From Raillietiella orientalis (taxonomy: Eukaryota), in NCBI GenBank assembly GCA_036172245.1, contig JAYWIR010000012.1, positions 3,658,001-3,722,000 of the forward strand: a DNA stretch of 64,000 nucleotides. Direction: 5' to 3'. Numbering within the stretch: position 1 is the stretch's first letter; each line of letters starts with the position of its first letter. Shown here piece by piece: positions 36,701-47,825 of the stretch. The notes under the pieces are model-generated. The model was not told the origin of the DNA. It ran no database searches and saw only the letters and a program-made list of their open reading frames with translations. The position numbers were made by a program, and so were the translations under genes.

Positions 36701-37499
36701 ATGGAGAGGAGGGCGCTGTGGCTGGGGAGGAAGGCAGCGGCGGCGGCGGCTCGGTTGGTCCCTTCCCGCTTCCTCCGGGGAGGCTGCTCCCGGGATGCGT
36801 ATGAAACGAATCATGGGTGGCGTGGGTTGCCTAGATAAGGACCCGGGTGTCATTTGAGGGGAGGGGCGTCTTAGTTTGCGGGGCGGCAGGAGACCCACGG
36901 ATGTCCTTCCCACGGGTAACAATTCTCTTCGGTGGTAACCCGGGTGCCTTCGAGCGTACTCGGTTGCGAGGAAGCGACGGACGCCGTTGCCCTGCAACCC
37001 TCGACCGCGCTCACGCGCGGGCTGTCGCCACTCCTGCCGCAAACGGTTGTCGACCGCCACCCACCACAAGGGCTGCATCCCCTTCAGTGCGAGGGTGCCA
37101 CATCCCTTCGTGGGGCGTCCTCCTCGTCCCGAGTCCTTCTCCGGCGCTTCCTTTCTTCTGCCACGCCCGCGGAGGCCCGTCCTTGACCTCAGGCAGCGAG
37201 TCTTCAGGGCCTCCCTCCATGATCGAGTAGTGCCTCCCGACCCGCTTCCTTCCGCTGGTCGCACCTCTTCGATCTGGCCTCGGGCTTCTCCTGCCTTCCT
37301 ACCTGGGTTGTTCCCGGAATCTACGTTCCAACCCGGCATCCTGGATTTTTTTCCGGCAGAATCTCCAAGGTGCCTCTTGGGAGCGCGAGCTTCGCTCCCT
37401 CCCCCTCCCTCGGTCCAGCAGCAGAGGTGCCGAGGGCATCTCCCGCCCTTCTTCAGTCGGTGAAGACGATCTTTGCGAGGAGGTCGCCCTACTTTCCCT

Positions 37500-37900
37500 C
37501 CACCTACACCCCCTTCCGCGATCCGGGGATGGAGGGTCGTGCCGAGACGACTGCAAAGCTCTTTGCGGTCGTCACTGACAAGAGGCCGGTGCTGATGACC
37601 TCTCTTCGCCCGAGGCGGGTCTCCGCCTTCTCTCACCGCTTCCACCACAATGACTTTCTTCGGGACATGGAGAGAATGCCCGCAGGCTGCCCACGAGCCT
37701 CTGGGCCGCCCCTTCCGTTCTGCCGGACTGCGCCGCGCTGCGGAAAGGAAGAAGAAGCAGCGGATATGCCTCTCCTGCGCTCACACGCTCTAGGACTCTG
37801 GCCGGAAGATCAAACAGGACAGCGTGCCGCGGCAGCACGCAAGGGGTCGTCTGCGGCCCTATGCTTGCTGTTACGGAGGCCCGAGAGCGGGACACCTTCG
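37500..37900 (+). mobile_element. ORF2 C-terminal (zf-RVT-like) relic
   Basis: PRRVSAFSHRFHHN...PRCGKEEEAADMPLLRSHALGLW matches the layout of the L1-type C-terminal finger. Confidence 0.4.
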
Positions 37901-38299
37901 CCTCCTTCCCTTCCTCCCTTCTTCCTGCAAGGTGGACTCTCCCTTCTCTCTCTTCCAACCTCAGGACCGAACCGAAAGGAGTCCTCCTCTGCCCCCCTCT
38001 ACTCTCACCTGGTTGTCCTCTTGCTGGACTGCTGACCCTCGGAGACCAGGAACCGGAAACAATGGCCCTTCTGCTAAAGACGAACATCGCAGCAACCCGG
38101 CAAGATGTGGAGCGCGGTTTGCCGCCTGAGGGAGGTTCACCTGTAGCTCTTCCGCGAGGTCTTCCTGATCCTCCCACCCTCCCAAGTCCCGCAGCACCTG
38201 TGGAGCGTCCTCAACAGCCCATCTCCTCCTGGATACTCCTGGAGAGACGGGCGCACCTTCTGAACAAGAGGTTTCGTCCCTCGTTCTTCCCCCAAACGG

Positions 38300-39000
38300 T
38301 CCCCAGACTTGTTCCTTCCTTGCCATCTGGCCAACCTCATTGGTTCGGAGGACCAATTGGACGAGGGCGCCTCCAGGTTTGGCTGGAGCACGAAGCGCCC
38401 TCGCTTCCTTTCCCGACCGGCACGCTCACGCGAGCCGCAGGAAACGCGAGGGTGGCGTCTCGATGGCCTATTTCCGCGGACTCCCTTTCTTTTACTTTCG
38501 ATCTCCTCTTCCCTCGTTCGAGGGAACGCGACGCTACCCGCGATGGGCCCTACGCTTCCAGGTGATGCTTTGCGACAGCTTGCTGCTCCCCTAGCGGGAT
38601 CGCGTCCCACTAGGGCGCGAATGAAAACACCGCCGCGGAGCATTTTGTGGACGGGGAGGGAAGGATGGGCCCGGGGACCGAAACCCGCGAAGAGAAGCGA
38701 GGCGCTCTCTCCCAGGAGCGGGAAACGACGGGGAATCGATCACCCGCCCAGCTGCCCGGCAGCAGCTGGAATCCCGGTAACGGGAAGCCGTCCGTTTTCG
38801 TGGTTCACGACGGTGGCTATTCGATCGCAGCCCGGGCTCTCCAGGCGCAGCATGATCGCAGGGAGGCCGAGTCCGTCTGCGAGAAAGTCGTGCACAGCAT
38901 CTCCAGAAGCCGGAGGCACTGGGCGCCGCCGCCGCGATCGAGACTTACACCCAGAGTTCGGGAGGCTGCCGGGATGAAGGGAGCAGGGCACGTCGCGAGG
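38300..39000 (-). mobile_element. possible ORF1 relic of the L1/Tx1-like family
   Basis: PPASGDAVHDFLADGLGLP...RIATVV followed by VFIRAL. Confidence 0.3.
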
Positions 39001-39249
39001 ACGGCAGAGAGCAAACCCTAAAGAAGGCGAAACGCAGGCTGCGCAGCGCGTGAGCTGCTGAGTGTTTGGGGGGGGGGGGGGGGGCACGCTTTGTGATAAT
39101 TCGGCTAGGCGTGTGCCCCCCCCAAGTGCAAGTGCAAGTGCAAGCCGCCACCACCCTCTTCTCTTCCCAACGCTGCATCACCCCATCACCGCAAATTGAC
39201 TTATCTCAGTAAATACAGCCATAGTATCCAGGGGGGTCGAACTTGCTTC

Positions 39250-39253
<4 letters not shown>

Positions 39254-39309
<56 letters not shown>

Positions 39310-39632
39310 AACACGCACACGCGAGTGCTGTCACTGCCCAACCCCGCAAATACTGGGTGCACCCTTTTGCTTGCACACCCGCGGGGAAAACACACACACG
39401 TTGGAACGGGAATTTCCAGAGTGTCATGCAAATCGGATGCGGAAAACGTGTGGATCCCGCGGTCTTTCGTCTTGCGTCGTACGTTTTCATCCTTCGCGTT
39501 TCTCTGGCAACCAAACCACCTCTGTTTTAGGCGACATGCAGTTTTTTTCCGGCACTCACCACGTACTGTTTTAATTTTCAATTTTTTACTCCGTTTTCGC
39601 CACGTATGCTTCCGAACCACATCCGTAGTCAC
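39254..39632 (-). mobile_element. possible RTE-like LINE 3' fragment with a 52-nt poly(A) tail
   Basis: T run at 39254-39305. The upstream minus frame reads RLKQRWFGCQRNAKDENVRRK (cf. RTE RLRWFGHVxR). Confidence 0.35.
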
Positions 39633-39799
39633 TTGTGAAGTTAATCAGGATCCTCTATTCCACACGCTGGAGGCAAATAGAAGCAGATCAGGGTTTCCAT
39701 CAGGGAGGCATTAGAGATGGATGTAGGGCGCCATGTGGAATGCCAGGAGGAGTGATCGAACAGTAATCAATCCGTTACATGCACTTACGTTATATAATA

Positions 39800-40620
39800 T
39801 GTAGTGATTCCTTTTCGATTAACTGAAACCCTCATGCAATTTTTTACACATGCAAATGAAATTCGCAAGATGGCAGTGGAGATTACTTTCTTCCGCCCCT
39901 CGTCCGGGCCAACAATGCAGCGGATTATTTATGTGCGTAAGCAACTGGATGTTTTCCGAAGCAGTGGTGCCACGCTCTCGTGGAAAAATTAGTTTTCCGT
40001 GGAAATTAATGCGACTCCAGACAAATACATGGCGCGTATCCATAAATAAAAGGAAAGGCATTCTTGACCAGAGAAATGGAAGGTCACCAAAGCACCGCAA
40101 TGGAAGGAAAGCACTGTCCAAAGGCAGCGAGACTGCGACAGGCCTTCCAGAGTACTGACTGGGAGTCGATGGTGAGCTGGCTGGTGGCCGTTCGAGATGC
40201 TGTGTGGCAACTTCGGGACAAGGAATGCGTGAACAGGAACGAATTGTGCCTCTCGCTGAAGAGGCACATCCGGCTCGAGGAAGTTACGTGCTTCGTAAGC
40301 AGCAAAATTCGATGGGAGGCACGAGGCGGCAGCGTAGCACCAGAGGGAAGAAAACGCCGACCTTGAGCACCGACAGTCCTGAACCTACATGCCAGAAACG
40401 CGCGATCCGTCACCTGCGGATCCTCAACCCACCTGGGAAATGACTGCGAGAAGAGAGCACTTCTACGTGCGGAGAAGTGCATTCCCCGCGTTCGCAAAAG
40501 TTGTAGAGAGAGAGCGAGCAATAAATTTCTGATGCTCGGAGATGGGGCATTTGAGGAAGAATGGCAGGGGGATAGGCCGCCTCGTAACATTGTTTTCGGA
40601 GGGATCTTCTTGCCCAATCA
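39800..40620 (+). mobile_element. possible decayed RTE-like endonuclease/linker fragment
   Basis: RWQWR..SGPT..IIY..FRSS and VRKSCRERASNK..FEEEWQGD remnants. Lower GC than the flanks. Confidence 0.25.
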
Positions 40621-43600
40621 TCGATCCTAAATCGAATCCCGAACGCTTCCCGTTTCCAGTCCTTTCAGAAGTTCTGTCATAATATTTGTTCGTTAGGGAG
40701 CGTCGTCAACGTGTTCCTTTGTTCGCTCTTGTGTGCGGACCTCCTGCGCAGGTCCTATAAATAGATCCAGGAATGACACTTAGCGAGTCTTTTGTGTGTG
40801 TGTGTGTGTGTGTGTGTGCATGTGTGTGTGTGTTTGTTTGTTTGTTTGTTTTTTGTTGTTGCTTAATACAACCACGTTGGTGCGCATCCCTTCACTTCTG
40901 GAACCAAAGGGGGAGGAAGGTTCTCCTCAGTTCGCGAAGGTTCCGCGTTCGCTTCGTTTGTGCATGGTGCTGACGTGCAAGAGCTGGACATCACTTTCTT
41001 TCTTCTCTTTCTTATTTTCTTTTTTCATTTTCATTCTCCTTCTTCCCCCGATTGGCTGAGCGAATGCCAGCCCTCTCCTTGAGGCCACACGAATCTCCCC
41101 AAGCCTGGGCTCTGTTTCCAGGAGAGAGAGAGCTGCGACATCGAAGAAGCTCAACCGTCCTACCCCCTCTCCTGTCCTCTCCCTTCCTTCCAATCCGTGA
41201 TGCGTGACAGCGGGACACACACAGCCGGAGAGTTGTGTGCCTCCATGCCCTCTAGAAGAGGTGGCGGTGACACTGGCTGCTGCGCAGCAGCATCCACCGC
41301 TCATGAATAACCGCGGTTACCACGATCACGCACCGCATCCGTTCCGCATGCCGATGGGATGCTGGTCCTGCAAGAGTCAGGAACCCTCAGCCCTCGGATT
41401 CGATCGTTCAAGGAGCGCATCCACTCGCCCTTTGACGAAAAGGAATTCGTGAACTCTCCAGGAGGGAAGAAAAAAAAAAAAAAAAAAAAGGAAGAGGGGG
41501 AGGAGGAGGGAAACATGAAATCTTCGATTCGGAGCTCGAATCGAATCAGAAGACTCTAATTGTATCAGCAGGAATTGTCCTCTCCGTGTCAAGGGCCCGA
41601 AGGAGATCGCAGGGGATCCCTCACGAGCCGTTTGATCGATAGCCGGATGGACTCCGGCGCGAAGCGGCGCTAACGGAGGGCTCCTCCGCCAGAGCGAGTC
41701 GCACCGTGTGAGTTGACTGTGCAGGAGAAGCCTCCGTCAGCTGCTCCCGTCGCCCGTCCTCTTCCCGCCTTCTTGCAGGAACAACTGCTTGAAGAAAAAG
41801 AAGAAGGAAAAGACAAAAAACAATTTTTTTCTACCGTCTGCTGTGCTACCCGGCAACATACCTCCTTCATTTTATTTATTTATTTTTATTCTGCAGCTGG
41901 GGGTCGACTGCAGGTTCTCTCCGCGTCGTCGCGCCAAGACTTCTCTGAGGGATGACCCCTCCTTCCTAGAGTCCTGTCCTTTAAAAATGGATGGCCGGCT
42001 GCCCTCTCGTTTCCCGAAGGGCTGCCCGAATGCCGCCTACGCAGGAGGGGAGGGGGAGGGACGAATCGCCAATGGGGGCGCCGGCAGCCGGATGACAATC
42101 GACAGGAGGGAAAACGGACCGAGGGGGGAGTCACCAGTCAGGGCACTCCTGGGAGCGAGTTCTCAGCCGAGGAGCTACCTCCAGGGCGCCCCGGGAGGAC
42201 GGGGTCACGCCGGACCCTTGAGCGCCAACAGCAGAGGTGCGGAGGAGATCCCGCCCTCTCCGGAGGAGCTCCCGCAAGAGAAGTCGCCAAGGATTCCCGA
42301 CCCACAGCGGAACTCGTGCCGTGGGTGGGCCAAGGGCTGGCAGGGCTTCCTGAGGGAGCGTTCGGGGATGGAGGCTCGCCCCAGAGGGCGTTCCCCCTTC
42401 CAGGAATGATGGCATCTTGTCGTCGGCGCGCCTCTCCTACCCTCTTCGTCCGTCTGGAGGCGGACCGCCGGATGAAATTTCCTCCCCTACCGCACCCTAC
42501 TGCGAAATTTGCATCCCGCCAGGGGCGCTCTTTCCCCGGCGCTCGCGATGCTTTCACCGTGACGTCATCCGCGTTCTCGTCAGCGGCGCGCGGTCGACGG
42601 AGGACGCGGCGAGCTGGCGGCCCTTCCCGCCGGCCTGATCCTCCAGGGCGAGGCACCGGGGAGGTCGCTGGATGCCCTGGAAGGACCATGGCCGCGGTAG
42701 AGGAGCAAACGGTGCGACGATGCGTACCATCTCCATGGGGGGTCCTCGAAGATCCCACGGAACGGCGAGGCGTGGAGTGGGTTCTGCCGCTGGAGACTCT
42801 CAGGTGACAGGCTGAGGACCCCAGGAAACAAGTGTCATCGTCGCCCCAGCAGCCGGGACTCCCGTCCGGAATCGGAAGCGAGGCAGCACAAGCAGTGACC
42901 TCCAGAGACCTCCGCTCCTGCGGCGATCCCCCCAAGGTCTCTGCGGGGCCGAGGGGATGCACCCAGGGCGCAAGGAAAAAGGTGCCCTGAAGATGCGTCG
43001 AAGGGAAGAAGCGGCCGTCGTCGGGGGAGCACCCACCGGCTCCGCCAAGCCATGGCGCGGACCCACCCAGATTAGTTCGGGGAGCTGCGGTGGCGGTATG
43101 CACCGCGCCCAGACCGCGGCAGGGCTTCCAGGTGGGCACCCGGAGCGCCTCAGCGAAGTTGTCATGGCGACCGCCACCGCTGTCACTGCCGTCACGGCAA
43201 TGCGGGCGCGCGATCCGAGACCTCCCGGTGGGAACGCGTGGGACGCTTCTCGAAATCGCTCGGGGGGAAACGAAGGGGGCGCCGACCCCCTTTTCCTTTC
43301 TCTGACAAAAAACGCCATGCAGTGGACATCTGCTCTCGGTGCATTGGAAAACCTGGAAGTGGATTCCGAGGGACGCAGGGGAGGGGTGCGGTCCACCCGA
43401 GGGAACGGAAATTGCACTCCAGCCGGAACCCCGAGGGGTTACGCGGAAAGGAGGGAGGGGGCTTTGCGGCGAATTCACAGCGACCGAAAGCGATGCTCTG
43501 GGACCCTCGGGAAGAAGGCAGGGGTGGGGGGGGGATGAAGGGAAGAAAGTTGAAAGGAGTGTTCCCTCTGCCCTCCTCCTCCCTGCCTTCCCCGGTGCTC

Positions 43601-44039
43601 CTTACTGCGTATCTGCTCGGCGCCGGGACGGGAGGGATCGGGCAGGACGCTTGCCGGAAGTCATCAGGCGGCTCGCTACAGAGGCAGCGCACCACTCAGC
43701 GGAAACGCGAATCCTCCACCGGGAAAGGAAGATACCCCCCGGAACACCCATCCCACGCCCGCAGGGGAGATCGAGACGGTTGCCAGGTTGCCCCGCCGAC
43801 AACTGCCGAGCAACCACGGCCGAGAGATGGCGAGGTCAGGGACGCTGCCAGTAGCCACGAGAACCCTCCCGCCTTTCCCTCCGCGCGTCCTGGAGACGGG
43901 GACTCCTGGGGCCGCCTGTGCCGGGTGCGCGTGCGTGCGACGAGAACTCGGCGGCGCTGTGGACGCCAGAGGGCCATCCCAACCTCGGTCAGGGAAAATC
44001 GCCGTCCTCGGATGGGCGGGGGCGATCCGCAGCGCCGCC

Positions 44040-44380
44040 GTCGCCGTCGTCATGGCGACCACGTCCTCCACCACCAGCTTCTCCACTGTTGTTGTGGCAA
44101 CCTCAGCCATCACCGTCATCATCGCGATCCTCGTGTCATCACTGCCCCAATCACTCTTGGAGTCCTCACAATGGTCTTCCTCCTCATCCTCATTGTCGTC
44201 ATCACTGTCATCAACGCTACCAATGCCATCACCGCCAAAACCATCGTAAAGGCGACCATCGTCGTCGTCGTCGTCACCTCCTTCAATGCCGTCACCGCCA
44301 GCACTGCCTTCACCGACTCCATCACCACTACCACTGGCGTCATCGTCATCAGCGCCGCCGCCATTATCGCCCTGCCCTCC
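44040..44380. repeat. cryptic trinucleotide repeat (GCC/ACC/ATC/GTC)n
   Basis: More than 300 bp with a strong period-3 RYC pattern. Confidence 0.85.
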
Positions 44381-44879
44381 GATCCGCTCCTTCTCCGGGA
44401 CACCCTCCCCCCCCGGGGCGCTCGGAAAACTGGCTGGAACTCGAGGCGGCAGCGGCGGTCACCGCCAGCGGGCCGACGGCCGCTATGCCCGGCCGCGCAC
44501 CGCAAAAGGGCCGCAAAAAGGCCAGCAAGCGGGCTCCGGCGCGCGCCTCCTCACTGGCCGCCTGACCTTCCGGGTGTGAGTGAGCGGCACTGAACCCCTC
44601 GCGATGCCCTCGCCTTCTAGAGGGCCGACGAGTGGGGCGGAGGGACCAAAGGGGGACTCATCCCTCCCTTACACTCCAGCACGCTGACGGCCCGCTGCGG
44701 TCGCAACCATGGGAACTCCAGTTTGCACCTTCCCCCTCTGGAGTCGCCAAGGCCTTCGTTGCCATCATCGCCGTCAGAAGAGGCCGCTCCTTGAGCTGTC
44801 GTTTTGCGCCAAAACACCAGAGGGTCCTTCGCGTCACCCGGAAAAAGGGGAGAATGAGGGCAGATCAACAGCTAGGCTC

Positions 44880-45130
44880 TGGGCAGCGTCTCCGCGGAAC
44901 CCCCGCACGGGAGTGCGCTCCCCTCTACCTCTACCGCCTCCGTGGTGTAGCGGGAGGTCGCCGGATGCGTCCGTCGTCCGGGAGAGGAAGAGAGGATGTC
45001 CCCTCCCTTCCGCGCACCCGGGGCATCCGGTTGCTCCTGAGCTACGGCCGGCGACAGCGACGACTCGCTCTGCTCCTCGGTTCCCCGCCGCCCGAGCCGC
45101 CATCAAGCGGTTGCCCGTTTCCACGGTTAC
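44880..45130 (+). mobile_element. possible ORF1 relic
   Basis: REDVPSLPRTRGIRLLLSYGRRQRR resembles the IPSxxxIxGxRxxxxYxGQ segment that precedes ORF1 zinc knuckles. Confidence 0.3.
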
Positions 45131-45654
45131 ACACCGATGAAGTTCAGCGAGGAGGGCAGCAGAGGGGAAAAATCGATGCCCGGGGATGTTGAGCGCCGCA
45201 CCTCCAACCTGCCCTCGCGCCACGCTCCTTCATGCGCCTCCCGCTGTCCGGGAGCGCTTCGCGCGCTCATCTCTTGGATTCCTCCGTCCCCTCCCCTCCC
45301 CGGTGTGTTCCGGAAGTCGGAGGTGCCGCGGATGAACCTCATCTAGGGACAGGAGTCGTGGAGATCCCAACAGTGAGTGGGGAAGCTCCACAGGATTTGG
45401 TATCCTCTGACAGCGTCGCTCAAAGGGACACCGGCACTCAACAAGGGAGGGACCACGGAAGGGACCGGCCCATAAGGTCTCCGAGCAAAGGGGAGGGAAA
45501 GGAAGGTCAGCGGACAGCCTGCGTGGGCCTCGTTCTCCGACGGTGAGGAAGAGAGCAGCAGCGGGGGCGCCGCTGTTGCCGGGCAACCACTCTGCTCCCC
45601 TCCCTTTTTTTTTTCCCGCGAGCCTCCTGAGCTCGCCGAAACAGCCGATTCAGC

Positions 45655-45855
45655 AATAGGAAGAAAGTAAGGGAGGGAGGAAGAGAAAGAAAGAAGGAAG
45701 AGGAAAATGAAAGGAAGAAGAGAAGAAAGTGGAAAAGGTGGAGAAAGAAGAGGAGGAAGAGAAGTGGAAAGGGAGAAGGATGGGAGGAGGAAAGGAGAGA
45801 AAAAGGAAGAGAGTAGGAGGAGGAGGAGGAAGGGAGGATAGGAAGAGGAGGGATG
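45655..45855. repeat. polypurine (GA/GGA/GAA) tract
   Basis: About 200 bp of almost pure purine. Confidence 0.9.
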
Positions 45856-46559
45856 ACGCCTGCAAAGGAGCTCAAGCGATGTGCGGGACATCCTCGTCGC
45901 TTCCAGCCGTGGTTTCTTCGCGTCGGGGCCGGTAGTGTTCTGAAGCAGAGGGAGTGGGGAGGGTAGGGGGATGGAAGGTGGAGGTTTCACCTGGATAGGG
46001 GGGGGGAGCAGAAAGCACTCGTGATCAGAGCGGTGGAGCAGCAGCGGGGCTGGCTGGAGGTAAGGGGGCAGAGGGGGACCTGCGTGAGCGGAGGACCCAA
46101 AGACCGCCTCTCCCGCCGCAGGGAAATCAGTCGCTGCTTGCTTCTTCCACTGCCCCTTTTCCGCCCCTCCCCTGCGGGCGGGCAGTTCACCTTCTCGAGG
46201 GAGGGTGCATGCGCGGTCTCTTGTTTCTGCCTCCGCTGGGAGCGGCTGTTGCCTGATGGGCGCACACCGGAAGGGAAAGAGCGGCGGCCACACGCGCCCG
46301 TAGGCGAAGAGGAAGGCGGGGCTCCGCCCACCGGGAGGCGGACCGCGGACCCATCGGACCGCAGCTGCTGGTGGCGTGGCGTGGCGTGGCACGCGCAAGC
46401 CGCCGCGGGCTGCCCAGTGACTTCGGTCCGCTTCCGCTTCCGCACCGTAGCGGCGCCTCGTGCCAGAACTGCCTCCCACCCTCGAGGTCGCCCACGTGAC
46501 CCGCTCTCCCTGCGGAGGGAGTTCCCGGAGACCGAGGGCGTGGCAGCTCGCGCCCGCCA

Positions 46560-47250
46560 CCGTCAGCTGCGCTCTTTCCCTCCCGGAATCCTCCCTCCTC
46601 CGGGCAATACCCCCATGAAATGAAGCGGAAGGTCGGGGTCCTCGGGGTCTGCGGTCAGCTGATGGCGCCGTGAGGCATCCAAGACGGGCGTTCGAGCGCC
46701 AGTTCTTCCGGGAGGAGCGCGCCGGAGGGCTGGCGCTCTCCGGCGTGCTTGGTCGAGGACGAGCAGGTCAGCAGGCCACAGACTCGACGAGGTCTCGCGA
46801 GCCATTCAGTTGCGGCGGTTTCTTGGCGAGGGTCGGCATGGCCACAGGCGCCGGATCTCTAGCCCTGAGACGACCCTCGGCGCATCGCCCCTCTAGACAG
46901 GTGGTCAGGAAGGACCGCGCCGTCACCGACTCGCACGAGGATGCGGCTCGTGCAAGCCGTTCCCCAGGGGACGGCGGCGCATCAGGCACCAACCCCACCG
47001 CCGCTCTTCTTCCAGCCGGCAACCTCATCGGCGTGGTTGGACCACGACGCCCCTGGGCTGCCCCTTCCTCCGAGGAAAGCGCTACAGAGATCGCACGCGC
47101 GTCTGACGCGGACTCCTGGCAGCTGTCTCGAGGACTCGGCCACTGTGTGTGTCGGGGCTTGGGAATCAATGCATCCCACTTCCTCATGCGCCCGTGTCGT
47201 CCTCGGGGAGGAGGGGGAAGAGTAGGCGGAGGAGGTCAAAATGAGGCCCG
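46560..47250 (-). mobile_element. decayed ORF2 post-RT fragment
   Basis: AISVAL...RLPAGRRAAVGLVPD (cf. LPxxxGGLGLxD), loosely colinear with 33100-33500. Confidence 0.3.
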
Positions 47251-47624
47251 CCGCAAGGGATGAGCTGCTCCTGTGCGCTTTCTCGTCCTTGTGAGAGGAG
47301 TATCAGGGTTGTCTTGAGGCAACCCTACAGGAGAGGGGTCGTCGGGCAAGACTCCGTCGTCCCTCTTAATACGAGGGAGGGGGAGAATTGGGGGTGGAGA
47401 GCGGCGGCACCGACGCCATGCTTCTATACACTGCTGCTTTCCAGCTCCCGTTTCTTTCTTCCTTTTTTTCCCCCCTCCCCCGTTTCCTTGGAGACAAGGA
47501 ACCACAGGAGAGCTCCCCTGGCGAGAGACCTGCTCTTCCCTAACGTGCATGCGTCAGCTTCTCCGGACAGGCGCACTGCGAACATGGAGACGACGTCACC
47601 AAGCCATCCTCAGTGAGTGATGAC

Positions 47625-47825
47625 TTTCTTGATTCCCTGGTTTTCCCTCCCTTCCTTCCTCCCTTCCTCTTTCTTCTGCCTTCCTCTTCCTTGCTTTCCC
47701 ATCCTCCTCTCTTCCTTCCTCTTACTCCCTTTCTCCTCTCCTCCTCCCTTCCTTCTCTTTCTGCTCCCTTCCTCCTTCTTCCCCTCCTTCCTTCCTCCTC
47801 CTTTCCTTTTCCACACCTTCTTCCT
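47625..47825. repeat. polypyrimidine (TC/TCC/TTC) tract
   Basis: About 200 bp of almost pure pyrimidine. Confidence 0.9.

Noticed and set aside
44040..44380. Apparent transmembrane or His-rich protein segments
   Set aside because: These are translations of a cryptic trinucleotide repeat.
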